From positions 7,665-71,664 of the forward strand of contig CALRHL010000002.1 in the NCBI GenBank assembly GCA_943359455.1: DNA of 64,000 bases, in the 5' to 3' direction. Origin of the DNA: Candidatus Uhrbacteria bacterium RIFOXYB12_FULL_58_10 (GTDB lineage Bacteria; Patescibacteriota; Patescibacteriia; UBA9934; GWF2-40-263). Under the pieces are notes generated by a model. It ran no database searches. It saw nothing but the letters and a program-made list of their open reading frames with translations, and was not told the origin of the DNA. Shown in pieces: positions 8,924 to 18,792 of this stretch. Made by a program: the position numbers and the translations under genes. Each line of letters begins with the position of its first letter. The stretch's first letter is position 1.

Positions 8924-9991
8924 ATGCAGGATAATAAGGCAAATTTTGATAAACGTCTCAGAACACCCGAACCTCACATCGTGGCTCTTTTGGCTCAAAT
9001 TGATGGGATTCGTGGAGAGTTCAAATCGGGGCTTCGGATGACCCCTCAGGCCATAACCAATCTCAAGCGATCCACACTTGTGACGTCAGCTGGTGCTTCT
9101 ACCCGTATTGAGGGTGCAAAGCTCACCGACAATGAGGTGCAGAAAATCATGCAGGGTCTGGCGGTTTCGAAATTTGCGGATCGAGATTCGCAGGAGGTGC
9201 AGGGCTATCTGGAGACATTGCAAAATGTTTTTGATAGCTTCGAGACGTTACCGCTTCGTGAGAGCACGATTCAATCACTTCACAAGGAACTTCTTAAATA
9301 TTCCACGAAGGATGAACGACAACGCGGAGCATACAAGAAAAAAGAAAATACTGTTGGCGTGCTCGGTCCTGATGGCCAGGTTGCGCGTATCATGTTCGAA
9401 ACGACTCCAGCCTACCTGACGCCAAAAGAAATGCAGGAGCTCGTGGAATGGACGGCTGATGCGTTCGACAACAATCGATTCCATCCGCTTCTCATCATCG
9501 CAAACTTCATCGTGGAGTTCCTAAAGATTCACCCGTTCGAGGATGGAAACGGTCGTCTTTCGCGAGTCCTGACCAACTTTCTGTTGCTTCGATCCGGATA
9601 CCAGTTTGTGCAGTACGCCTCTCATGAGCAACTTGTTGAGAAGCGTAAGGATGAATACTACGTTGCACTCCGTAAGTCGCAGGAAACTTTCCGGACCCAA
9701 GGCGATACGATCTCTCCTTGGCTGAACTTTTTTCTTGCAGTGGTAAAAGAGCAAGCGACAAGAGCGTTGGTTTATCTCGAAGAAGAAAAAGTCGAAGACA
9801 CGCTTTCGCCAAAACAATACGAGGTCTGGAAATTCATCTCCTCTGTTAGTGAAGCAAGCCCGAGCGAGGTTGTAAAAGGAACAGGCATACTCATGCCGAC
9901 GGTTCGTCAAGGACTGACTCGGTTGATTGAGCTTGGAAAAGTGAAACGAATCGGAAGAGGTCGAGGAACTCGGTATGTGAAGTTGTATTAA
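8924..9991 (+). CDS. Fic/DOC family protein with C-terminal winged-HTH
   Basis: Canonical Fic motif HPFEDGNGRLSR; C-terminal region (LTRLIELGKVKRIGRGRGTRY) looks like a wHTH. Confidence 0.85.
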   Translation: MQDNKANFDKRLRTPEPHIVALLAQIDGIRGEFKSGLRMTPQAITNLKRSTLVTSAGASTRIEGAKLTDNEVQKIMQGLAVSKFADRDSQEVQGYLETLQNVFDSFETLPLRESTIQSLHKELLKYSTKDERQRGAYKKKENTVGVLGPDGQVARIMFETTPAYLTPKEMQELVEWTADAFDNNRFHPLLIIANFIVEFLKIHPFEDGNGRLSRVLTNFLLLRSGYQFVQYASHEQLVEKRKDEYYVALRKSQETFRTQGDTISPWLNFFLAVVKEQATRALVYLEEEKVEDTLSPKQYEVWKFISSVSEASPSEVVKGTGILMPTVRQGLTRLIELGKVKRIGRGRGTRYVKLY

Positions 9992-10048
9992 AAGTTTGAG
10001 ACCAGGTAATTAAATGTTCAGAACTGCTAAGATAGCTTTAGCCAATTT

Positions 10049-10999
10049 ATGACAAACGAAGAAAACGGAAAAATTCTTATCACAGACAGTCTATTTATTT
10101 ACCCAGAGCATGAAAAAATGCTTATTAATGCTGGATATGAAATTGAACGTTTGGACAAACCTGACGCGAGCGAGGAAGAGCTCATTGTCGCAGTAAAAGG
10201 AAAGGTTGGTTATATTCTCGGCGGCGTGGAAAAAATTACCGATAAAGTTATCGAGGCCGCAGATCAGCTTAAGGCTATTGCTTTCACAGGATCTGATCAT
10301 CGCTCTTTTATTCCAGGAGCTGATTTAGCAACAAAGAAAGGGATTGCTATATCGAGTACACCTGGAGCAAACACATACGCTGTTTCGGAATATACACTCG
10401 CCATTATCCTTGCGATGACACGAAATCTTTTTGAATTAGGTCGCACTGGTAACAAGAAATTTCAAACCGTACACTCTCTCAATGATCTTACGGTCGGTAT
10501 TGTGGGTATGGGGCATATTGGTACCCGCATGGCAAACCTGCTTTGTTATATGGGTACGAAAAAGATCATTTACTTCACACGTACTCGTAAGCCAGGGGTG
10601 GAGAAAGAAACAGGAGTAGAATTTGCTGATCTCAACACACTTCTTCGCGAAAGTGACATCGTGACACTGCATGCGTCAAAAGAGATTGGTGATAATTTTA
10701 TCGGGAAAGACGAATTGGCAAAGATGAAGAATGGTGCCCTGCTCATGAACTGCGGTTTCACTGGAGCGTTAGATAAAGACGCCCTCTTTGAAGAGCTTCA
10801 GGCAGGGCGTCTGCGAGCCGCACAGGATGATCCTATGGGAGACAAGAGATTCGATACCCTTCCGCTTTCGAATTGGTTTAACTCAAATTCCCACACGGCT
10901 TACAACACATTTGAAGCAAATAAAACAGCGAGTGATATGGCGATTTCATCTCTTCTTAATCTACTTGCAACTGGAGTAGACCAATATAGGGTAAACTAA
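10049..10999 (+). CDS. D-isomer-specific 2-hydroxyacid dehydrogenase family protein
   Basis: NAD-binding GxGxxG (VGIVGMGHIGTRMA) and catalytic-domain layout of the PGDH/LDH-D family. Confidence 0.8.
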   Translation: MTNEENGKILITDSLFIYPEHEKMLINAGYEIERLDKPDASEEELIVAVKGKVGYILGGVEKITDKVIEAADQLKAIAFTGSDHRSFIPGADLATKKGIAISSTPGANTYAVSEYTLAIILAMTRNLFELGRTGNKKFQTVHSLNDLTVGIVGMGHIGTRMANLLCYMGTKKIIYFTRTRKPGVEKETGVEFADLNTLLRESDIVTLHASKEIGDNFIGKDELAKMKNGALLMNCGFTGALDKDALFEELQAGRLRAAQDDPMGDKRFDTLPLSNWFNSNSHTAYNTFEANKTASDMAISSLLNLLATGVDQYRVN

Positions 11000-11057
11000 A
11001 AATGACTCCGTCCCCAATTTGGTTCCGCGAGTCTAATATCGTTATCTTTCAATTCTT

Positions 11058-12131
11058 ATGAAATCATCGACAATATTGATTATCGTGGCGCTTGTGGCTG
11101 TTGCAACCCTGGGTGGCATCGTCGGATGGAATGTGTTGAACGGTCGAGAGGATGTGCCAAATGCTGCAATGCCAACGCAGACAGGATCGTCAGTCGCTTC
11201 GGAAGTTTCGGAACTATCAAAGCCCTCCGTTGCCACGGAGCCGGCCGTTACGGCGCTGCCCGATTTGTCCGACTATGTATGGAAGGCAATCGCCTCGGTG
11301 GTTGGCAAATCAGTTGGCAATGAGAAAGATGGAAATGTGCTCATGGCCGATGTTGTTCTGCTTCCGGACGGCACGTATCGTATGTATTATAACGCCGGCG
11401 GGAAAGGGACGGGCTCGATCAAATTCGCTAACTCCGTCAACGGAGACACGTGGACGGCGGGTGGGACCGCGCTTCAAGGCGGTTCCAGTCCGACGGACGA
11501 TGATTATATCATCGGTGGCTCGCGAGTACTGCAATTGAAGGACGGCTCCTACCGAATGTATTACCGTGCCACACCCGAACATGAAGGCAGTATTCCGTCT
11601 TATTCCGTCTATATGGCACAGTCCGACGACGGCAAAACATTCACCAAGTACGGAGTGGTCATTCCAAATACACGCGAGGATGCCGCAAGCACACTGGTGC
11701 TCGCTGGCCATGGGGCGTTTTACCAGATGGAGGACGAAACCTTCGCCGGATTTGTTTCTGGGAACGCTGTGGCATCGAACAGTGTTCCAAGTGATTTATT
11801 CTTTACCACCTCCGCAGACGGGGTTTCTTGGAAAACACCAACCGTCGCGTACGTTGGGTACCATGATCCGACAGTGGTAAAAACAAGCGATGGATATTTT
11901 CTATTGGCGATGTATTTGAAAAAATGGGTGGGGATCGGATTTTCCGCCGATGGAATCGATTGGTCGGTTGCGCTTGAACCGGTGGAATTGCTCGGGACAG
12001 ACGGAAAGACCGCGGATCTCCAGCCGATCGGGGACCTATCAACAGTTGTCGCGCCAGATGGTTCTCTGCTGCTCTTCAGCAATTACGGCAATCCAGGAGA
12101 CCGTTCGATCATGCGATACGTTCAACAATAG
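11058..12131 (+). CDS. Membrane-anchored BNR/Asp-box repeat beta-propeller protein (sialidase/glycoside hydrolase-like)
   Basis: N-terminal TM/signal anchor. Four Asp-box motifs: SVNGDTWT, SDDGKTFT, SADGVSWK, SADGIDWS. Confidence 0.6.
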   Translation: MKSSTILIIVALVAVATLGGIVGWNVLNGREDVPNAAMPTQTGSSVASEVSELSKPSVATEPAVTALPDLSDYVWKAIASVVGKSVGNEKDGNVLMADVVLLPDGTYRMYYNAGGKGTGSIKFANSVNGDTWTAGGTALQGGSSPTDDDYIIGGSRVLQLKDGSYRMYYRATPEHEGSIPSYSVYMAQSDDGKTFTKYGVVIPNTREDAASTLVLAGHGAFYQMEDETFAGFVSGNAVASNSVPSDLFFTTSADGVSWKTPTVAYVGYHDPTVVKTSDGYFLLAMYLKKWVGIGFSADGIDWSVALEPVELLGTDGKTADLQPIGDLSTVVAPDGSLLLFSNYGNPGDRSIMRYVQQ

Positions 12132-12132
12132 A

Positions 12133-12150
12133 GACTTTTGCAGAGGTCTC
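12133..12150. repeat. Solo terminal inverted repeat of the 161-bp MITE (GACTTTTGCAGAGGTCTC)
   Basis: Matches the right TIR at 43922-43946, 2 nt after the stop codon. Confidence 0.6.
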
Positions 12151-12427
12151 AATCACCAAGCGCCGCTCGCGCAAGAGGGGGTGATAAGAGCCGACAAAGA
12201 GGGTAGACACACAGTTTGAGATCTTGCCAAGTAATACCATCTCTCACTAACCATCCGGCACCATCCCATTCAAAATTGGGCTCCAACTTTGAGAAAAGTC
12301 TTCAACATATCTACGGATATGCTTCAGACTTTTCTCTTCGTTTCGCCTCAATTATGAACGGGCTATGCCGGAGCGTTAGCAAGAGATGGTATAAAAACGT
12401 CCCGACGATTTGTCGAGACGCAGTGAG

Positions 12428-12973
12428 TCAGCTGATCTTTTTTGTGTCGTAGGCGTAGAGCGCGTACCACCCGACGAGCCAGGTTGAGAGTGTGGCTGGA
12501 AGCTCGACGAGCAGATCGTTGGATGTCTCCGGAAGGACGCTGTGCTCGAAGTACGGGAGGGCGAGCGCAGCGCGATGCGCGGCGAATGGGCCAAAGTTGC
12601 TTGTGGCACGAAGGATGGATCGAGCCGTTTCGCGTGACGGAATGAGGAAGACGTGACAGGTCAAGTCTGAGCCGAACGTTCCGATGAGTCCGAGATTCTC
12701 GTCGCTTTGTGTCGGGGCGAGCGCAATCACGAGTCTGGGCTTCCACTGCGCAAAGTCTGGTCGGCTATTGGCATGACGGACATACTCCGTCAAATGAAGG
12801 ATGAGTCCTGGGTAGTCACCTCCAAGCGAGGAGATTTGTCCAAGCTCCTCCTCGGAAGGAATTTCGTTTCGTGCAAGCTCGAGCACCGCGACTCCGGGCG
12901 GATCAGGACTCAGATTTCCGTTTGCGTCGCGATACATTCCACCAACGAGCGGTGTGATTTTTCTGTAAATCAT
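12428..12973 (-). CDS. Hypothetical protein (181 aa)
   Basis: Longest coherent frame in a locally high-GC patch. Overlapping ORFs on the plus strand are R/S-rich and look like antisense artefacts. No family recognised. Confidence 0.45.
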   Translation of the reverse strand: MIYRKITPLVGGMYRDANGNLSPDPPGVAVLELARNEIPSEEELGQISSLGGDYPGLILHLTEYVRHANSRPDFAQWKPRLVIALAPTQSDENLGLIGTFGSDLTCHVFLIPSRETARSILRATSNFGPFAAHRAALALPYFEHSVLPETSNDLLVELPATLSTWLVGWYALYAYDTKKIS

Positions 12974-13211
12974 GGATTTCTCCCTTGAGAATATCTATCA
13001 TGAATCATTAAAAATGACTATAGATGTGCTACATTCTAACAGAATCGCTTTTCATTTCGCTATGCCAAATCATCGGATTTACACAATCAGTTTCGCGCGT
13101 GTTTATCCGCTTTATGTTGCGAAGGCAGAGAAAAAAGGACGCACGAAAATGGAAGTTGATGAAATCATTCGTTGGCTGACAGGATACACTCAAATTAGGG
13201 TCAGCCTTTAG
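12972..13211 (+). pseudogene. DUF2200 family protein, C-terminally truncated at the repeat B copy
   Basis: [36 protein letters not shown] matches the DUF2200 N-terminal half as I recall it. The ORF ends after 79 aa immediately before the repeat at 13212. Confidence 0.5.
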
Positions 13212-13267
13212 GGGTCAGGTCTGGATAGTGGATTATCCTGTTAATTTGTTATCCAGATTTGACCCTA
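13212..13267 (+). repeat. Repeat B copy 3: inverted copy followed by a partial forward copy
   Basis: GGGGTCAGGTCTGGATAGTGGATTATCCTG...TTATCCAGATTTGACCCTACG. Covariation in the hairpin relative to copies 1 and 2 (GGATAgtGGATTATCC versus GGATAAttccgTTATCC). Confidence 0.7.
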
Positions 13268-13279
13268 CGATCCATCATA

Positions 13280-13576
13280 TTACCGTTTCAATTTTTCAAA
13301 AGGATTCTTTCCGGTCGCAATCATATAGAGACCGGACGGAATAAGGACGAGAGGAATCGCAATGAGGTAGGCAAAGATGCTTCCTGTTTGTTGGAAGCCG
13401 ATAAATTGGCCGATTGCTACGGCGCAACCGACGAGGAAGAGGATCACACCAGCGCTGCGATGGGTTTGAGTTGGGCTTGGCATAAAATGTTCAGGCAAAG
13501 AATCCAAAAGGGAGTACGAGTGCGGACGCGCCAAAGAGAAGTATTGCGGTACCGAACAACCCAACAAACCATCCAA
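13280..13576 (-). CDS. Membrane protein segment (C-terminal part of the same gene if frameshifted)
   Basis: Two TM helices; the reading frame stays open upstream into the overlap with the 13491..13976 ORF. Confidence 0.4.
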   Translation of the reverse strand: MDGLLGCSVPQYFSLARPHSYSLLDSLPEHFMPSPTQTHRSAGVILFLVGCAVAIGQFIGFQQTGSIFAYLIAIPLVLIPSGLYMIATGKNPFEKLKR

Positions 13577-13976
13577 ACGCTTTCGCTGTCACCCCTCGTA
13601 TGCACAGCGCGGTCCCTCTGCCGGAGAATTTGTATTCCCCCTTTATCGCCGTTGAGAATCCCGTGACGGCAATGATGACCCCGATAAGAACAATGAAAAG
13701 ACCGATCGGTCGCACGTAATCTCCCTCTGTCGCGGAGATCCATCCAAGGATCGGGATCAGGAGAAGGAGTGAGATGTTACGCATTCGGCGAAAAAATCGT
13801 AGGGTACGTTTTTTGTCGTCAGAGAGGATGAGGGGAGTTTTCGGATTCCATACGTCCAATCCACGATCACGCAAAAAGAAAAGAAGAAAAATCGGAAGGC
13901 TCACTCCGAGCACAATGAGAACGCTTATGAGAATTTTGACGGTCGCAGACATATTGCCATGGCAATGATATCCCAC
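13491..13976 (-). CDS. Multi-pass membrane protein, N-terminal part of a possibly frameshifted gene
   Basis: Five predicted TM helices. Its 3' end overlaps by about 85 nt the +1 frame of the next membrane ORF. Confidence 0.5.
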   Translation of the reverse strand: MGYHCHGNMSATVKILISVLIVLGVSLPIFLLFFLRDRGLDVWNPKTPLILSDDKKRTLRFFRRMRNISLLLLIPILGWISATEGDYVRPIGLFIVLIGVIIAVTGFSTAIKGEYKFSGRGTALCIRGVTAKAFGWFVGLFGTAILLFGASALVLPFGFFA

Positions 13977-14180
13977 CTGGCGCGGAACGTCTATTGCGTT
14001 TCACGACTTCCCAGACCCATCGAGAGAGGAGTTGCCTGCGGATCTCTATCTGTACGCCTTTGTTTCGTTTGTCATCCCTTAACTACTCACAGCATCCAGA
14101 CTCTATTTCCATTTGTGTGATGTATGTGTACCAGACCATCCTGTTCAGTTAATGGGGTGTTGTTATAATAGACCTGTTTT

Positions 14181-14999
14181 ATGAAAAAAATCCTGTTGAT
14201 CGTGGCTGGTACGACTATCATCAGTGCCCTGATAGTTATTTTTGTTTTGAAAAATGATACCTCTAAAAAAAGTACCCAAACCCTGCCGACCGAAGTTACC
14301 TGGGAGTTGCGGGAAAGCAATATATGGAAGCCAACGGGCACACCGCCAGCCTGCGCCGATCCGTTTACCCTTACTTCACCGGTTGATATATCAAAGGTGA
14401 CCGCTATTTTATATCCTGGTCAAGTTCGCGGAGATGCTTATAAACCACATGGCGCATTTCGTTTTAGCGAAGACTCGAATAATCAAGTGATAGTAACCGT
14501 GCCGTTTGACGCGCAAATTATTCGCGGTTCTCGTGCCTTTCGTAATGGTGAAAACCAGTATTCTTTTGAATTTATTGTTCCTTGCGGGATCTGGTATTCT
14601 TTTGGCCACTTGCTTGAACTGAGTCCAAAGTTTCTTGAGATTGCTAATAAATTACCACTGGTTGATGATGATGCCGAAGGATTTCACGTTCAGCAGTTCT
14701 ATGATGTACGTCCGCCTGTAGCGGTAAAAACAGGTGAAGTGATTGCTACAGCGGTTGGTTATGCGAAACAAAAAAACGTGTTCGTTGATTTTGGTGTACT
14801 CGATTTGCGTCACAAAAATGGTAATACTATTCGTTCAGAATGGGCAGCTAAATATAGCCCACAGTTTGATGAGTACGCGGTGTGCTGGATGGATTTATTA
14901 CCTGCTGTTGATCGCGAACATCTCCGTAGTTTGTTTGGGAGCGGAGACGTGGAAAGCGGCGTCAAAAGTGATTACTGCCACTATCCAGAGAATAAATAA
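14181..14999 (+). CDS. Hypothetical membrane-anchored/secreted protein
   Basis: N-terminal hydrophobic anchor (LLIVAGTTIISALIVIFVL); no recognisable domain; AT-richer than neighbours. Confidence 0.5.
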   Translation: MKKILLIVAGTTIISALIVIFVLKNDTSKKSTQTLPTEVTWELRESNIWKPTGTPPACADPFTLTSPVDISKVTAILYPGQVRGDAYKPHGAFRFSEDSNNQVIVTVPFDAQIIRGSRAFRNGENQYSFEFIVPCGIWYSFGHLLELSPKFLEIANKLPLVDDDAEGFHVQQFYDVRPPVAVKTGEVIATAVGYAKQKNVFVDFGVLDLRHKNGNTIRSEWAAKYSPQFDEYAVCWMDLLPAVDREHLRSLFGSGDVESGVKSDYCHYPENK

Positions 15000-15062
15000 T
15001 TTCAGATTTCGTTCGAACCAAACTTTATAGTGTTCTCACAATTTTGACTAACTTTATAAAGT

Positions 15063-16016
15063 TTGCTAAATTGGGCTGGTATGACGACTCGTCAAAAACT
15101 CGTGATTATCAAGAGTTCCTTGGGAGTGACCCAGACAAAGTTAGCCGAACGATTTGGTGTTTCATTTGCGGCGTTCAATAGTTGGTGGAATGGCAAGTCT
15201 GTACCGCGTCCGAGAATGCGTGCAGCTATTGAAGAACTTTTTTTGGAAGTGACTGGGCAGAAGGTTATTTCAGATGTTCAGCTTGAGGCAAAAAAGAAAA
15301 TGTTGAGACAGAAGTCGACCGAGCATAAAAATGTTGTTGCTGAAATCCTAAAGTATGCAGACATTCGCGATCAATTCATCCTCAAACTTACCTATCATAC
15401 GAATCGGATCGAGGGAAGTACACTGACCGAACCTGACACAGCAGCTATTCTTTTTGATAACGCCGCACTGCCAGATAAGAGTTTGACGGAGCATCTTGAA
15501 GCAAAAAATCATCAAACCGCTCTGAACTTCTTGTTTGAGCATGTATTAAAGAACGAAAAGCTCAATGAGGATTTTGTCCTCAAGCTTCATGGTATTCTCA
15601 TGAATGGTATACAACCGGATGCTGGGTTGTATCGTCGCCACGCGGTTCGCATCGTCGGTGCGAATGTTCCGACGGCCAACTACTTGCGTATACCCACGTT
15701 GATTCCGAGCGTTATACAAGAAGCGGCAATGGCGAAACGTACGAACGATATCGTCGGTCTTTCAGCGAATGTACATGCTCGGTTTGAACAGATTCATCCG
15801 TTTTCAGATGGCAACGGCCGCGTTGGACGTCTACTTTTGACTGCGATGCTCCTTGTCGCGAACTTCGCTCCTGCCGTTATTCGTCAGGAACAAAAGCGAT
15901 TGTATTATACCTATCTTCATAAAGCCCAGACGCAAGGCGATCTCAGTCAACTTGAGGATTATCTTTGCGATGCCGTGAGAGATGGTTTCGAGATTCTAGA
16001 ACGCGTGGATATGTAA
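15063..16016 (+). CDS. Fic family protein with N-terminal XRE-like HTH
   Basis: Fic motif HPFSDGNGRVGR; N-terminal TQTKLAERFGVS... HTH. Confidence 0.85.
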   Translation: MLNWAGMTTRQKLVIIKSSLGVTQTKLAERFGVSFAAFNSWWNGKSVPRPRMRAAIEELFLEVTGQKVISDVQLEAKKKMLRQKSTEHKNVVAEILKYADIRDQFILKLTYHTNRIEGSTLTEPDTAAILFDNAALPDKSLTEHLEAKNHQTALNFLFEHVLKNEKLNEDFVLKLHGILMNGIQPDAGLYRRHAVRIVGANVPTANYLRIPTLIPSVIQEAAMAKRTNDIVGLSANVHARFEQIHPFSDGNGRVGRLLLTAMLLVANFAPAVIRQEQKRLYYTYLHKAQTQGDLSQLEDYLCDAVRDGFEILERVDM

Positions 16017-16051
16017 AGAAAATAACAATTTTTATTCATTGAAAGATTTTT

Positions 16052-16195
16052 ATGAAATCATGCATCACATGCAGTATGCCACTTGTTGGAGCGCACGAGG
16101 CGGATGTTGGATTTGTCAGTCCAGAAGGAACAGTGTGTCGGTTTGAAGCGGTTGACGACGTGGTCAAAACCAGCACAGAGATTTTTGAGGTATGA
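16052..16195 (+). CDS. Small zinc-ribbon-like protein (47 aa), translationally coupled to msrA
   Basis: [11 protein letters not shown]...[11 protein letters not shown] has C-x2-C...C spacing. Its stop overlaps the msrA start (ATGA). Below the ORF-track length cutoff. Confidence 0.35.
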   Translation: MKSCITCSMPLVGAHEADVGFVSPEGTVCRFEAVDDVVKTSTEIFEV

Positions 16196-16686
16196 ACGCC
16201 GTGCTTGCAGGAGGTTGTTTTTGGGGGATGGAAGAGTTGATTCGTGCTCTGCCAGGCGTTACGGATACGACGGTTGGATATACAGGGGGAGAGAACACGG
16301 ATCCGACATACGACAACCATCCCGGTCATGCGGAAGCGGTTCAGATTACGTACGATCCGTCGCGTACGTCGTTTCGCGATCTGCTCGATTTCTTTTTTCA
16401 GGTACACGATCCAACCACGCTCAATCGTCAAGGAAACGATCAAGGAACGTCCTATCGATCCGCGATCTTCTACGGGAGTGAGGAAGAGAAACAGATAGCC
16501 GAGCAATTCATTCAGATCGTGAACGCATCCAAGCGCTGGCCAGGTCCCGTCGTCACGACGGTCGAACCGCTCCGTGTATTTTATCCCGCTGAAGATTACC
16601 ACCAAGCGTATCTTCAAAAACATCCGGACAGTTACACCTGTCATTTTATCCGTCCGGGTGGAAGTTATATAATAAATTCCGTATGA
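16192..16686 (+). CDS. msrA: Peptide-methionine (S)-S-oxide reductase MsrA
   Basis: GGCFWGMEE active-site motif and overall MsrA length and sequence. Confidence 0.9.
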   Translation: MNAVLAGGCFWGMEELIRALPGVTDTTVGYTGGENTDPTYDNHPGHAEAVQITYDPSRTSFRDLLDFFFQVHDPTTLNRQGNDQGTSYRSAIFYGSEEEKQIAEQFIQIVNASKRWPGPVVTTVEPLRVFYPAEDYHQAYLQKHPDSYTCHFIRPGGSYIINSV

Positions 16687-16707
16687 TTCGTCCTTTAGCT
16701 ATTTTTG

Positions 16708-17130
16708 TTATTCTCTGACCGTTGTTTTTTTCTGGTTTCGTCCAAATATAAAAAAACCTACCGTTGCGCCGATCAGTCCGTTGAGAAAGTCGCCGATGGT
16801 GTCTGCGACGGAGAGTTGGGTTACGGCGTGGGCATAGTTTAGAACGATGGAACGGTCGATGATGAATTCGTGGAATTCCCAGACGATTGCAATGAGAGAA
16901 ACAAAACCGAGCGTGAACAGGAGGTCGTACCAGCGCGGTGTTCGTCCTATTTTGTGCTTGTGCTTGAAGTCATCATGAACCGCAATCGCAAGCATGGCAG
17001 CAGCAAATCCTCCAGCGAGATGGAGGGGGATGTCGATGTTTGGATGCGTTTCATACACTCCAAATCCAATATTGAGAAGATTCGTTCCAAATACAGTCGC
17101 AAGTGCAAGAAATGCTGTTTGATATCTCAT
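16708..17130 (-). CDS. Hypothetical membrane protein (140 aa)
   Basis: Four hydrophobic segments; no family recognised. Confidence 0.5.
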   Translation of the reverse strand: MRYQTAFLALATVFGTNLLNIGFGVYETHPNIDIPLHLAGGFAAAMLAIAVHDDFKHKHKIGRTPRWYDLLFTLGFVSLIAIVWEFHEFIIDRSIVLNYAHAVTQLSVADTIGDFLNGLIGATVGFFIFGRNQKKTTVRE

Positions 17131-17160
17131 AGAGGCGTCAGCATAGTTTACCTCAAACGA

Positions 17161-17180
17161 GAGACCCCTGCAAAAGTCTC
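17161..17180. repeat. Variant of the MITE TIR motif (GAGACCCCTGCAAAAGTCTC), itself palindromic
   Basis: Resembles GAGACCTCTGCAAAAGTCCAG at 43786. Confidence 0.35.
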
Positions 17181-17240
17181 AGTGACGTCGATCGTTGTTT
17201 CTGATACGATAGAATTGTTGTAAGAATTCTTATCCTCTTT

Positions 17241-18416
17241 ATGAAACCATTACGACTTTTCATCTCGTTCGCCTTCGTGCTTCTGGCAGGGATGCTTATT
17301 TTTTTCTTCCTTGCCCGGCATGCGAAAGTTAAACGCATGCAATTGATATCGGAGCCTGTGGGAATAGAGACGTCCACAAAGCCAGCTTTGACCGTGACGG
17401 TTCCAGAAGCAGCCGTTGTATCTGCAGGGAATATTGACACGCACATGCATTTGGGTGGAAAACTTTCCTCGGGAGAGATGAAGAGTTTGTATGCGAGGGC
17501 GGCGGAGTATCTTATTGAAAACATGGATGCTATTGGACTCGAAAAGGCTGTTCTTGTTACGGTTATCAGTCCATCAGCGACGATGGGTGGTGAGGCAATT
17601 GAACAGCTCACCGCTGCAACGATCGCTTTGTATCCTGATCGTTTGTTTCGCATGGCTGGCGGGGCACAACTTGGGACGATTATTGAATCAACAGATCCAG
17701 ATGCGGTCACATCGTCCATTCAACAATCATTTCGAACGCAAGCAACCGCCCTGTTAGATGCTGGTGCGATTGGTTTTGGAGAGATGATTACGTTACACCC
17801 ATGTCTCGGTTCTAAACACAACTATCAGTTTGCACCGCCAGACCATCCATTGTTTCTCCTGCTTGCAGATATTGCAGCGGAGCGTGGTGTCCCGATCGAT
17901 CTTCATGCAGAGGCGGTTGCAGAAACGCGCACGATGCCAGAAAATATTCAGCGCGTTTGTGATCAGAATCCCGAGACACTCGAAGCGACCATTCCCGCGA
18001 TCGAAACACTTCTTTCGCACAATCGTTCTGCAAATATTGTTTGGCAACATATTGGTTGGGATAATACAGGCGAAATGACCGTCGAGCTTCTCCGTCGACT
18101 TCTCGATACGCATCCGAATTTATTTATGGCGTTGAAAGTTGAAGAGCGCGGGTTTCAAGTAGGAACAAACAGTCAGGTCTCAATGCCAAATCGTATCGTG
18201 GATTCAAGCGGCCGCATTGAACAGGATTGGCTCGATCTATTTGAAGATTTTCCTGATCGATTTATGGTTGGTGCCGATGAGTTTGTAGATGCGACTGGCG
18301 AACAGCCAGTTGGTGCTGCATCCCTTGATGCCACCTGGAAAATGGTCGATCAACTTCCGGCAGATCTTGCGCAAAAATTTGGTTCAGAAAATGCCGCGCG
18401 CGTGTATGGTCTGTAA
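17241..18416 (+). CDS. Amidohydrolase-family TIM-barrel metal-dependent hydrolase, membrane-anchored
   Basis: N-terminal TM. DTHMHLGG and HxH/D metal-ligand motifs typical of the amidohydrolase_2/TatD-like superfamily. Confidence 0.6.
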   Translation: MKPLRLFISFAFVLLAGMLIFFFLARHAKVKRMQLISEPVGIETSTKPALTVTVPEAAVVSAGNIDTHMHLGGKLSSGEMKSLYARAAEYLIENMDAIGLEKAVLVTVISPSATMGGEAIEQLTAATIALYPDRLFRMAGGAQLGTIIESTDPDAVTSSIQQSFRTQATALLDAGAIGFGEMITLHPCLGSKHNYQFAPPDHPLFLLLADIAAERGVPIDLHAEAVAETRTMPENIQRVCDQNPETLEATIPAIETLLSHNRSANIVWQHIGWDNTGEMTVELLRRLLDTHPNLFMALKVEERGFQVGTNSQVSMPNRIVDSSGRIEQDWLDLFEDFPDRFMVGADEFVDATGEQPVGAASLDATWKMVDQLPADLAQKFGSENAARVYGL

Positions 18417-18792
18417 GAGCCTGTTGAAAAACTTCTACCTACCACAATTCCCTGAGCGAAGCGGAGCGTAGTCGAAGGGCATCCCCATTGTCCGAGAGCG
18501 ATTAGGGTCGGGATTTGGGAATTTTCAGTAATCCGAACCTGTCCCAAGTCTTTTCCAAATCAAATTCTTGTCCAACAGAAAAGAAAAAGCGCACCCGACG
18601 GCGGCTAGGAGAACTGAGATTGCGCTCGTTCTCTGCAGAACGGTAGGAGCTTCTGGCTGCTCCGCACTTGCCATCCGCTTCGTCTTCTCCGCTCTTCTCG
18701 AACTGCGAACGAAGAGATGGTATAAGCATCGCGGGCGGCGACCGATGCGACGATCGACGAGCTGGTCGGTTCTGTGAGAGAATGAGGTTCGT

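Noticed and set aside
9093-9910. Multiple 60-130-aa ORFs on both strands inside the Fic gene (and similar nests inside other large genes)
   Set aside because: They are embedded in well-supported longer genes in other frames. None has a start context or recognisable motifs.
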